The position numbers and the translations under genes were made by a program. Source: an uncultured Caldisericota bacterium (GTDB lineage: Bacteria; Caldisericota; Caldisericia; UBA6126). Taken from it: a DNA stretch of 64,000 nt. Below the pieces are notes generated by a model that saw nothing but the letters and a program-made list of their open reading frames with translations, ran no database searches and was not told where the DNA came from. The DNA lies in contig CAZBOU010000001.1 of the NCBI GenBank assembly GCA_964493625.1, positions 143,922 through 207,921 on the forward strand. The letters run 5' to 3'. Below are positions 56,612 through 64,000 of this stretch, one piece after another (position 1 is the stretch's first letter; each line of letters starts with the position of its first letter).

Positions 56612-58489
56612 ATGAGCGATAACGACAAAATATTATTGATGAATGGTGTTCAATATTCTAGGGTTGTCTCTGCAGGAGCTAGGTGGCTATCGGATCGAAA
56701 AAAACATTTGGATGACATCAATTTGTTTCCTGTACCCGATGCGGATACCGGAACCAACATGAAGGGTACATTGGTTCTTTTAGCAGAGAATCCAGAACAA
56801 TACCAACACGCCAGCATTTCCAAGGCGAGTCAGAAAATTGCTGAAGCTACCATTGTTTCTGCCAAAGGAAATTCCGGGGCTATCCTTGCCCAATTTTTCC
56901 AAGGCATGTCCAAGGGTCTTGCATACTTAGAATCCGCCACTATGGATCAGTTTGCCCATGCCGTGAAAATTGCTTCCACTAGAGCTAGAGAGGCTGTAAG
57001 CGATCCCAAAGAAGGTACCATCCTTACCGTTATCAAGGACTGGTCCGATTATCTAACATCCCTTGATAGTACAGAAAAGGACTTTGCAACCTATTTTAAA
57101 AAGTCTCTTCAAATAGCTCAAAAAAGCCTAGACCATACAAAAGAACAAATGGAGATTTTGCGAAAAGCCAATCTAGTGGATGCCGGAGCACAGGGATTTG
57201 TGTTTTTGTTAGAAGGCATTGTCAATTCCTTGTCTCATGGATCTATCCAAAGGGACCGATGGGCAAAGGCTACAACAGTGGACACAAGATTTCAACAAGA
57301 TTTTGATTTTGAAGATACTACCTATCGGTTTTGCACAGAAGCCTTGATTTCAGGAGATGCACTGGACAAATCCAAAATCAAAGAAATGTTATCTCCCCTA
57401 GGAGACTCTCTTGTCGTTATTGGTTCCGAAACAAAAGCACGCATTCATATCCATACCAACCAGCCAGGCAAAGTCTATTCTATGTTGCGCACCGTGGGAA
57501 CTATTATCCAAGAAAAAATTGACGATATGCAACAGCAAAAAAGAGATGTATATACAAAGTCACAAAGAGATATTGCCCTTATTACAGATACCTGTTGTGA
57601 TGTACCCCAGGAGTACATTGATCAATACAATATCCATCGAATTCCCTTTTCCATCAACGTAGGAGGAATTACTCACTACGACGAACGCACCATTTCCAAT
57701 GAAGAGTTTTATCAGTATATGAAAGAGCATGACGATCTTCCCAAAACATCTCAATTGGGGATTGCCGATACAAAACGAATGCTCCAGTGGACAGACCGCA
57801 ACTTCCAGCATTCCATACTACTTGTTATACCAAGGACTTTAAGTGCCTCTATTGAGAATGTCCAACGTGCAGCAAACGAATTTTCGAATGCCTATCCTAT
57901 CGATTCTAAAAGCATTTGCGTCGGAATGGGTTTGATTGCTATTGAAGCAAGCAAGGCTATCCAAAAAGGTCGTTCTATCGAAGAAGTGTTAGCGATCATT
58001 CAGTGGAGCTCTGAACATATCCAGGAAGTGTTTACCGTGGAAAACCTTCTTTACCTTATGAGAGGGGGAAGAATATCCAAAACGAAAATGCGTATGGCAA
58101 ATTGGTTGCATTTAAAGCCTCTTCTTTATGTAGAAAAAGATGGCTCATTGCATCCACTCAAAAATGCTTTCGGTGGGAGCAAGGGAGCGCAGAAAAAAAT
58201 GATGAAACATATTGCTACCACCACCAAAGGGCAGGAAGCTCTCCAATTTGGGATATGTCACGCCGTCGATGAGGCAAAAGCGAAGTGGTATCAGCAAAGA
58301 ATCCAAGAAAGCTGCCATCCTTCTTCTGTATTTGTTACCGATATGTCCCCTACAATTGGTACGCATGCAGGCCCGGGGGCTATTGCTATTGCGTGGCTAC
58401 CCGATTTTGAAACATGGGAATCGCAAGGAAAAATAGACCTTCGTAAGCAGTATCCACAGTTTTTTGAATCCTCAAACGAGAGGATATAA
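56612..58489 (+). CDS. DAK2 domain::DegV fusion protein (FakA-N::FakB-like)
   Basis: N-terminal DAK2 motifs (PVPDADTGTNM, AKGNSGAILAQF, PKEGTILTV, DAGAQGF). A middle domain (RIHIHTNQPG). C-terminal DegV (IALITDTCCDVP..PKTSQLG..RGGRISK). RBS AGGAG. Confidence 0.88.
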   Translation: MSDNDKILLMNGVQYSRVVSAGARWLSDRKKHLDDINLFPVPDADTGTNMKGTLVLLAENPEQYQHASISKASQKIAEATIVSAKGNSGAILAQFFQGMSKGLAYLESATMDQFAHAVKIASTRAREAVSDPKEGTILTVIKDWSDYLTSLDSTEKDFATYFKKSLQIAQKSLDHTKEQMEILRKANLVDAGAQGFVFLLEGIVNSLSHGSIQRDRWAKATTVDTRFQQDFDFEDTTYRFCTEALISGDALDKSKIKEMLSPLGDSLVVIGSETKARIHIHTNQPGKVYSMLRTVGTIIQEKIDDMQQQKRDVYTKSQRDIALITDTCCDVPQEYIDQYNIHRIPFSINVGGITHYDERTISNEEFYQYMKEHDDLPKTSQLGIADTKRMLQWTDRNFQHSILLVIPRTLSASIENVQRAANEFSNAYPIDSKSICVGMGLIAIEASKAIQKGRSIEEVLAIIQWSSEHIQEVFTVENLLYLMRGGRISKTKMRMANWLHLKPLLYVEKDGSLHPLKNAFGGSKGAQKKMMKHIATTTKGQEALQFGICHAVDEAKAKWYQQRIQESCHPSSVFVTDMSPTIGTHAGPGAIAIAWLPDFETWESQGKIDLRKQYPQFFESSNERI

Positions 58490-58549
58490 AGGAGTTTGCA
58501 TGAACAATTGTTGGAGGTTTTTACGATCCATTTTTCCTAGGCACTATCT

Positions 58550-59533
58550 ATGAAGGGTTTTGTGGTTCGCAACGGACCAACTCCACTGGTATATATGGAA
58601 GACCAAGATAAAATTAGGAAAGCATGGCTAAAAAAAACCCATCGTACCAGCCATGAAAAATCGGTTACATTTATTGCTATAGGCGATTATGTAGAGTGTG
58701 ATTTACAAGTGCAGGCCAACGAGGATATTGCTGTGATTCACGAAGTGTATCCTCCTACCACTATGTTAGTGAGAGAAAGCATTCGGTATCCCAATCGCAA
58801 GAAAATCATTGCCTCCAATCTTGAGCAAGTTTTTATTGTGGTAGCGGTATCGAGCCCTACAACTCCCACCGGGATGATCGATCGAATGACGGTAACAGCT
58901 TTATCGGGCGGTTTGGTTCCTATCATCGTATTTAACAAATGGGATGAAAAACCTACCGATCAGGCAGATTGGGCAGAGATTGAAAGCACCATCAACATGT
59001 ACCAATCTGTGTTCAAAGTTATTACCGTATCGGCAATCAGTGGATATCATATAGAGGAATTGAAAGCCTGCTTGCACAATAAGAAATCTATTTTCATGGG
59101 CAATTCAGGTGTAGGGAAAAGCGCTCTTGTGAAAGTTCTCACGGGCATCGACCTTCGCTTGGGTGAAATCAGTACTTCCAGCGGAAAAGGAAAACACACG
59201 ACCCGCGATTCTGTGATGTACAAGATGGAAGATCATTCCTGGATAGCAGACGTTCCCGGCATCAAGCAGCTAGGGTTTATTCAAACCGACGATCCAATTC
59301 AATATTTTCCAGAGCTTTACAAAGCCTCAGCAAATTGTAAATTTAGTAATTGTAAGCATGACCAAGAGCCTGGTTGTTATGTAAAAGAATGTATTACAAA
59401 AGGTACTATAGATGCAAGGCGACTTGAAAGCTATCAAAAACTCAAAGATGAAATTGAACCAGACTATTTAAAAGAGCGCTCTGCACCAGAAGAGAAACGT
59501 TCTCCTAGACAAAGAACAACAGGAAGAAAATAA
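58550..59533 (+). CDS. rsgA: Ribosome small-subunit-dependent GTPase A
   Basis: Circularly permuted GTPase (NKWD ... GNSGVGKSALV ... DVPG) and zinc finger CKFSNCKHDQEPGC. Confidence 0.92.
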   Translation: MKGFVVRNGPTPLVYMEDQDKIRKAWLKKTHRTSHEKSVTFIAIGDYVECDLQVQANEDIAVIHEVYPPTTMLVRESIRYPNRKKIIASNLEQVFIVVAVSSPTTPTGMIDRMTVTALSGGLVPIIVFNKWDEKPTDQADWAEIESTINMYQSVFKVITVSAISGYHIEELKACLHNKKSIFMGNSGVGKSALVKVLTGIDLRLGEISTSSGKGKHTTRDSVMYKMEDHSWIADVPGIKQLGFIQTDDPIQYFPELYKASANCKFSNCKHDQEPGCYVKECITKGTIDARRLESYQKLKDEIEPDYLKERSAPEEKRSPRQRTTGRK

Positions 59534-59563
59534 TCATATACTGATGAACAGAAAGAAGGTTGT

Positions 59564-60781
59564 ATGAAAAAGCCAAAAGTGGTGATTATGGGATTGGGCT
59601 ACATTGGGCTCCCAACAGGAGCTGTCATTGCTGACAAAGGAATCTCTGTCCGAGGAGTTGATGTCCAAACGCTTGTTGTAGAGACCATTAACCAAGGCCG
59701 GATTCATATTGTAGAACCCGATTTGGCTGCGCTTGTCAAAAAAGTTGTCCAGCAAGGCTGTTTGAAAGCCTATACTACGCCTGCTCCCGCTGATGTTTTC
59801 ATGATCGCCGTACCCACTCCCTTCAAGGGGAGCCATGAACCCGATATAACCTATGTAGAACAAGCGGCCCAGCACATGACTCCTTTCTTAGAACCCGGCA
59901 ACCTTATTCTTATAGAATCTACATCCCCCGTTGGTACCACCCGCATCATTCAAAAACAAATTGAACAAGCACGTCCCGAGCTCCAAAACAAGCTTCATTT
60001 TGCGTATTGCCCCGAACGGGTACTACCAGGCAAGATTTTACAAGAACTACGGTCCAACCCCCGAATCATCGGGGGAATCACAGAAGAAGATGCCCAAAAA
60101 GCCAAAGAATTTTATGCATTGTTTGTAGACGGAGAGCTCTTCACAACCAACGACCACACAGCCGAAATGTGCAAATTGGTTGAGAATTCCTATCGGGACG
60201 TAAACATTGCCTTTGCCAATGAATTGTCCATGATATGCCAATCCATTGATGTGGATGTTATGGAACTGATTCACTTTGCCAACAAGCACCCCCGCGTAAG
60301 TATATTGCAACCTGGTTGCGGCGTAGGAGGTCATTGCATTGCAGTGGATCCTTGGTTTTTGGTACACCAATTTCCCACGCAAGCAAATATGATCCATCAA
60401 GCACGCAAGACAAACGATACCAAGCCTCAATGGGTTTTGTCTCAAGTGGATGAATCCATTCGCTCTTTCCAGCAAACCCACCACCGGTCTCCTCAAATTG
60501 CCTGTTTAGGACTTTCTTTCAAACCCAATATTGATGATTTGCGCGAAAGTCCTGCTTTGCATATTGCCACAAGCATTCATCAGAAATACCCCAAAGTGGT
60601 AGCAGTGGAACCAAATTTGACTCTTCCTTGTGTGCAATCCATTCCCTTGCGTTCCCTAGAAGAAGCTTTGAAAGAAGCAGACATCTTTGTTGTTCTTGTG
60701 GCGCATACCCCTTTTCAAACCATCTCCTATCCTCCCCATGCAATCGTGTTGGACTATACTCATCAGTGCAGGGCTCGTTAG
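59564..60781 (+). CDS. wecC: UDP-N-acetyl-D-mannosamine dehydrogenase
   Basis: VIMGLGYIGLPTGAV..INQGRIHIVEPDL..MIAVPTPF closely follows the WecC/Cap5O N-terminus as I recall it. Catalytic-Cys context GGHCIAVDPWF. Confidence 0.85.
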   Translation: MKKPKVVIMGLGYIGLPTGAVIADKGISVRGVDVQTLVVETINQGRIHIVEPDLAALVKKVVQQGCLKAYTTPAPADVFMIAVPTPFKGSHEPDITYVEQAAQHMTPFLEPGNLILIESTSPVGTTRIIQKQIEQARPELQNKLHFAYCPERVLPGKILQELRSNPRIIGGITEEDAQKAKEFYALFVDGELFTTNDHTAEMCKLVENSYRDVNIAFANELSMICQSIDVDVMELIHFANKHPRVSILQPGCGVGGHCIAVDPWFLVHQFPTQANMIHQARKTNDTKPQWVLSQVDESIRSFQQTHHRSPQIACLGLSFKPNIDDLRESPALHIATSIHQKYPKVVAVEPNLTLPCVQSIPLRSLEEALKEADIFVVLVAHTPFQTISYPPHAIVLDYTHQCRAR

Positions 60782-61495
60782 ATGCTGAAACACATTGCCA
60801 TTAAATATCGACCCACGGATGAAAGACCAAGAGAGAAGCTGCTTCTAAAAGGATCTTCAGAATGTTCTTTGCAAGAACTATTGGCAATCCTTATGGGAAG
60901 CGGTTATAGAAATACATCTGCCTTGCAGTTAGCGGATCAGGTTTTAGGTCACTGCGAATATAGCATTCGTCAATTGGCACAATACTCTGCCCATGAATTG
61001 CAAAAAGATATTAAAGGATTGGGGCCTGCTAAAATTGCACAAATTATGGCAGGAATTGAATTGGGCAAACGATTTCTAAAAGAAGAAAAAAAAGAAGGGG
61101 AGTACCGTTTTCAATCTCCCACAGACATTATCGATTATGTCTATCACTATTTGGGACCAGAATACCAAGACCAAAAGAAAGAATCCTTTTACATCATTTT
61201 GGTCAACAACCGAAACCGACCCATTCATCGAGAGCGATTGACAATAGGAACGATTGACACCTGCCTGGTGGATCCACAAGAAGTGGTACGCCTTGCCCTC
61301 AGACACAATGCTACAGGCGTTGTATTGGTGCACAACCACCCCTCTGGCGAAACGAATCCCTCTCCAGAGGATCTCCAAATTACGAAGCGAATCTACCAAT
61401 GCCTAGAGTCCCTTAGCATTCGCTTGCTTGATCATATTATTATTGGACGAAGCCAAGATCAATATGCAAGTTTTTTGGATCTAAGGCTGTTCTAA
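60782..61495 (+). CDS. radC: RadC-family JAMM-motif protein
   Basis: PRE.LL N-terminus, HhH region, and JAMM motif VHNHPSGETNPSPED. Confidence 0.9.
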   Translation: MLKHIAIKYRPTDERPREKLLLKGSSECSLQELLAILMGSGYRNTSALQLADQVLGHCEYSIRQLAQYSAHELQKDIKGLGPAKIAQIMAGIELGKRFLKEEKKEGEYRFQSPTDIIDYVYHYLGPEYQDQKKESFYIILVNNRNRPIHRERLTIGTIDTCLVDPQEVVRLALRHNATGVVLVHNHPSGETNPSPEDLQITKRIYQCLESLSIRLLDHIIIGRSQDQYASFLDLRLF

Positions 61496-61956
61496 TGAAT
61501 CAAACCTCCTTGCACTCGTATGCAGAAAAATATATGCAAGAAGCTTTGCTTGAGGCAAAAAAAGCAATGGAAATGAAGGAAGTTCCTGTCGGGTGTGTAA
61601 TTGTTCAAAAAGGCAACATTATTGCTGCAGAACACAACACAGTCGAAAAAGACAAAACCATTTTGTCGCATGCAGAGCTAAAAGCAATTCGATCAGCCAG
61701 CCGAGTGCTACGAGATTGGCGGCTGATTGCATGCGATCTTTTTGTTACCATGGAACCCTGCAATATGTGTATGGGGGGCATCTTGTTATCTCGCATTCGA
61801 TCCCTTTATTACGGAATACAGAACCCCAAAATGGGAGCTTTTTGTGGTCCGTATGCAGTATCCAATCAATTGTTTCCTTTTTCTGTCTACAATGGCATTT
61901 TGGAAGAAGAAATTCAAAAACAACTGCAAGATTTCTTTGCACCTAAACGTCTTTAA
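61495..61956 (+). CDS. tadA: tRNA-specific adenosine deaminase
   Basis: HAELKAI and MEPCNMCMGG zinc-binding motifs. 153 aa. TAATG overlap with radC. Confidence 0.92.
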   Translation: MNQTSLHSYAEKYMQEALLEAKKAMEMKEVPVGCVIVQKGNIIAAEHNTVEKDKTILSHAELKAIRSASRVLRDWRLIACDLFVTMEPCNMCMGGILLSRIRSLYYGIQNPKMGAFCGPYAVSNQLFPFSVYNGILEEEIQKQLQDFFAPKRL

Positions 61957-62247
61957 AAAAATCCCTTTTCAAAGATTTTCCTTTTGCAACCTTACTATGT
62001 GTACGCCCCAAGGCAAAAGCTATGGCATTAAGCATTCGCAATTTGTCGCAGCATTTTTATAAAACCCAGGGGTGTTACGACTCCATTTTACGAAAAATCA
62101 TAAAAAACCCATAAATGCATTCTAATGTTCTTATAATGGAGGAAAAGTTATAATAGTTACAAAAGAGTGAAAAAATGAGGCAAAAATGGCTTTAAAAATA
62201 TAAGAAGTTGAAAAGAATAAAATATTACAAAAAAGTAACTAAAAATT

Positions 62248-62276
62248 TTGACATTTTGAGAACGATGTTTTAGAAC
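62248..62276 (+). promoter_or_regulatory. Candidate sigma-70-type promoter for the tusA-mvhD-hdrA locus
   Basis: Consensus TTGACA (62248-62253), 17-nt spacer, TAGAAC (62271-62276). Lies ~100 nt upstream of the tusA ATG. Confidence 0.4.
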
Positions 62277-62374
62277 TAATACAGAAGTTTATACATGGCA
62301 TTTGCTATACTTTTTACCTTCTCCAATATGTTGTCATTAACCATCTTTCCAACCCATTTAGAAAGGGGTACACA

Positions 62375-62629
62375 ATGAATCCAGAAGAACTAAAAAATTT
62401 GAAAGTAGATCGTCTTGTTGATGCACGGGGCACATCTTGTCCTGGCCCTCTACTAGAAGCCAAACGCGGTATGACATCGGTTCCCATGGGCGGCATTATG
62501 GAAGTTTTGTCATCCGACGAAGGGACCTGTGAAGATATCCCGCTTTGGTCGAAAAAAGTGGGCCATGAGTACCTTGGATTCTATGAAGAATCGGGTGTAT
62601 GGCATATTTTTGTTACACGAGGCAAGTAG
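62375..62629 (+). CDS. tusA: TusA/SirA-family sulfur carrier protein
   Basis: LVDARGTSCPGPLLEAKRGM carries the CPxP active-site motif; 84 aa; RBS AAAGGGG. Confidence 0.88.
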   Translation: MNPEELKNLKVDRLVDARGTSCPGPLLEAKRGMTSVPMGGIMEVLSSDEGTCEDIPLWSKKVGHEYLGFYEESGVWHIFVTRGK

Positions 62630-63081
62630 TGTCTCCAGACAGGACTTTACCGCTATCGAAACCTCTCATTTTGATTTTTTCAACCGACACAATCTCTGAC
62701 CTAGGAATCGATTTAGCGGGAAGTTCTCATAAAGAGTATTCCCCCCGCGCTGTTACGATATCCATCCCTTGCTCCAGTGGACTGAACCCACAGTGGGTTA
62801 TTGAAGCGCTAGAACAGGGGTTTGACGGTGTTTTTCTCGCCGCAGATGGATCCGATTGTACCTACGTTTCTGATTGTACAGATCGTACCAGCAAAGTCGT
62901 CGAAAAAACCCAAGAATTAATGAAACAAAAAGGATATGATGTGCAACGGTTAAAAATGGCAGCTGTTTGTTCTGTTTGTGCCGATGCGTTTGTGAACCAT
63001 ATCCAGAAATTTTCTGAAACATTAGTAAAGCTTCAGCAATCAACTGAAGAAAAAGAGTTGGAGTCAATTCATGGACTATGA
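62629..63081 (+). CDS. MvhD/FlpD-like hydrogenase iron-sulfur subunit family protein
   Basis: IPCSSGLNPQWVIEALEQGFDGVFLAADGSDC...RLKMAAVCS follows the MvhD layout. The GTG at 62629 (GAGG 7 nt upstream, TAGTG overlap with tusA) is preferred over the track's ATG at 62599. Confidence 0.75.
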   Translation: MSPDRTLPLSKPLILIFSTDTISDLGIDLAGSSHKEYSPRAVTISIPCSSGLNPQWVIEALEQGFDGVFLAADGSDCTYVSDCTDRTSKVVEKTQELMKQKGYDVQRLKMAAVCSVCADAFVNHIQKFSETLVKLQQSTEEKELESIHGL

Positions 63082-64000
63082 TGTTCTGATTATTGGCGGT
63101 GGTATTGGTGGTATGGAGTCGGCATTAACTCTTGGAGATATGGGCTATCGAGTCGTTCTTGTGGAAAAAGAAGCGAGTATTGGTGGGAAAATGATTTTAC
63201 TTAGCAAAGTGTTTCCTACCTTGGATTGTGCAAGCTGCATTTCAACACCGAAAATGGCAGCCACGGTGAATCATGAAAATATTACGCTCAAAGTGTACTC
63301 GGAAGTTACCAGTATTGCTCCAAATGCTACAGGATTTCAAGTAAAACTATTAAAAAAACCCACTTTTGTTGATTTTGCAAAATGCACCGGATGTTCCGAT
63401 TGTGAAACTGCCTGCACTGTAGCAATTGCAGACGAGTTTAACGCGGGTTTAATTGCCCGACGAAGTGCTCATATAGCATTCCCGCAGGCTGTCCCAAAAA
63501 AAGCAATCATTAGCAAAGAGGGCTCTTCCCCCTGTTCGCATACTTGCCCTGCGGGAGTAAAACCCCATGGTTATGTTTCATTGTTACGGGCTGGGAAATT
63601 TGACGAAGCCTTCCGACAACATTTAGAAGATGCTCCTTTGGTAGGCTGTTTAAGCCGGGCTTGTTATGCTCCTTGTGAACAAGAATGTACTCGCAAATCT
63701 ATCGAAGGCAGCGTCAGTATAAAGAAGCTGAAACGCTTCCTTGTGGATCGTTATTACGAAAAATACAAAGAACCCGAATATGGTCCTCCCGACATACAAA
63801 ATGGCAAAAGAATTGCCGTTGTTGGTTCTGGACCAGCCGGTTTATCCGCTGCCTTTTTTCTGGCCAAAAGTGGGTACACCGTTACTATCTTTGAAGAAGA
63901 GGAAAAACCCGGCGGATTGTTACGATGGGGTATACCGTCCTATCGTTTACCAAAGGCAGTTTTGGATCGGGATATAAAAAACATTACCGCACTGGGAGTA
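63071..64000 (+). CDS. HdrA-like flavoprotein with inserted GltD/NfnB-like module (3' end off-window; absent from the ORF track)
   Basis: My own translation from ATG 63071 stays open to nt 64000 (310 codons): MDYDVLIIGGGIGGMESA..EKEASIGGKM..VFPTLDCASCI (HdrA N-terminus). It continues with CTGCSDCETAC (ferredoxin-type motif), then CPAGV..YV.LLRAGKFDEAF..SRACYAPCEQEC and RIAVVGSGPAGLSAAFFLAKSG..PGGLLRWGIPSYRLP (GltD-like). 11-nt overlap with the upstream gene. Confidence 0.8.
   Translation, partial: MDYDVLIIGGGIGGMESALTLGDMGYRVVLVEKEASIGGKMILLSKVFPTLDCASCISTPKMAATVNHENITLKVYSEVTSIAPNATGFQVKLLKKPTFVDFAKCTGCSDCETACTVAIADEFNAGLIARRSAHIAFPQAVPKKAIISKEGSSPCSHTCPAGVKPHGYVSLLRAGKFDEAFRQHLEDAPLVGCLSRACYAPCEQECTRKSIEGSVSIKKLKRFLVDRYYEKYKEPEYGPPDIQNGKRIAVVGSGPAGLSAAFFLAKSGYTVTIFEEEEKPGGLLRWGIPSYRLPKAVLDRDIKNITALGV

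Noticed and set aside
59534-59875. 113-aa minus-strand ORF at the rsgA/wecC junction
   Set aside because: It overlaps the highly conserved WecC N-terminus (GLGYIGLPTG Rossmann motif) on the opposite strand, so it is a shadow ORF.
61957-62060. Expected SRP (4.5S/scRNA) gene downstream of tadA, as in Bacillus
   Set aside because: I looked for the conserved domain IV core (GGAAGCAGCCAAGG-like) and a flanking hairpin and found neither.

Overview
64-kb window from an AT-rich (by eye; GC not computed) anaerobic bacterium with Firmicutes-like core synteny. Recognisable blocks are trxA / rimP-nusA-infB-DUF503-rbfA-nrnA-truB-ribF; on the minus strand tRNA(CAU)-tilS-hpt-ftsH; on the minus strand ftsB-ruvA... 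ruvC-yebC-pdxT-pdxS; der-gpsA; 2x tRNA-Pro; thrS-infC-rpmI-rplT-glmM-dnaE; and rseP, rsgA, wecC, radC, tadA. About a third of the window (~22 kb) is taken by three paralogous giant secreted proteins: a 5'-truncated one of more than 3,140 aa, one of 2,546 aa and one of 1,606 aa. They are built from a ~130-aa module I cannot assign to a named family, mixed with Big_2/Big_1-type Ig domains, and they end in a shared Ig + 2x copper-amine-oxidase-N-like cassette. This candidate envelope/sheath or giant-adhesin system is the main lead. The third paralog has its single module split by an ~800-aa insertion carrying five EF-hand/dockerin-like Ca2+ loops. It sits directly downstream of a histidine kinase and an NtrC-type regulator whose AAA+ core is degenerate (no Walker A lysine, no GAFTGA, no Walker B DE). 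Other points: a tandem DAK2::DegV (FakA-N::FakB-like) pair with one decayed copy; a tRNA(CAU) abutting tilS; an AUU start for infC; an FtsH with a ~200-aa low-complexity tail; and a TusA-MvhD-HdrA locus whose HdrA-like gene carries a GltD/NfnB-like insert, runs off the 3' edge, and is missing from the ORF track. I saw no rRNA, CRISPR array, transposase or integrase. Several ORF-track starts are over-extended and were corrected using RBS and stop/start overlaps.
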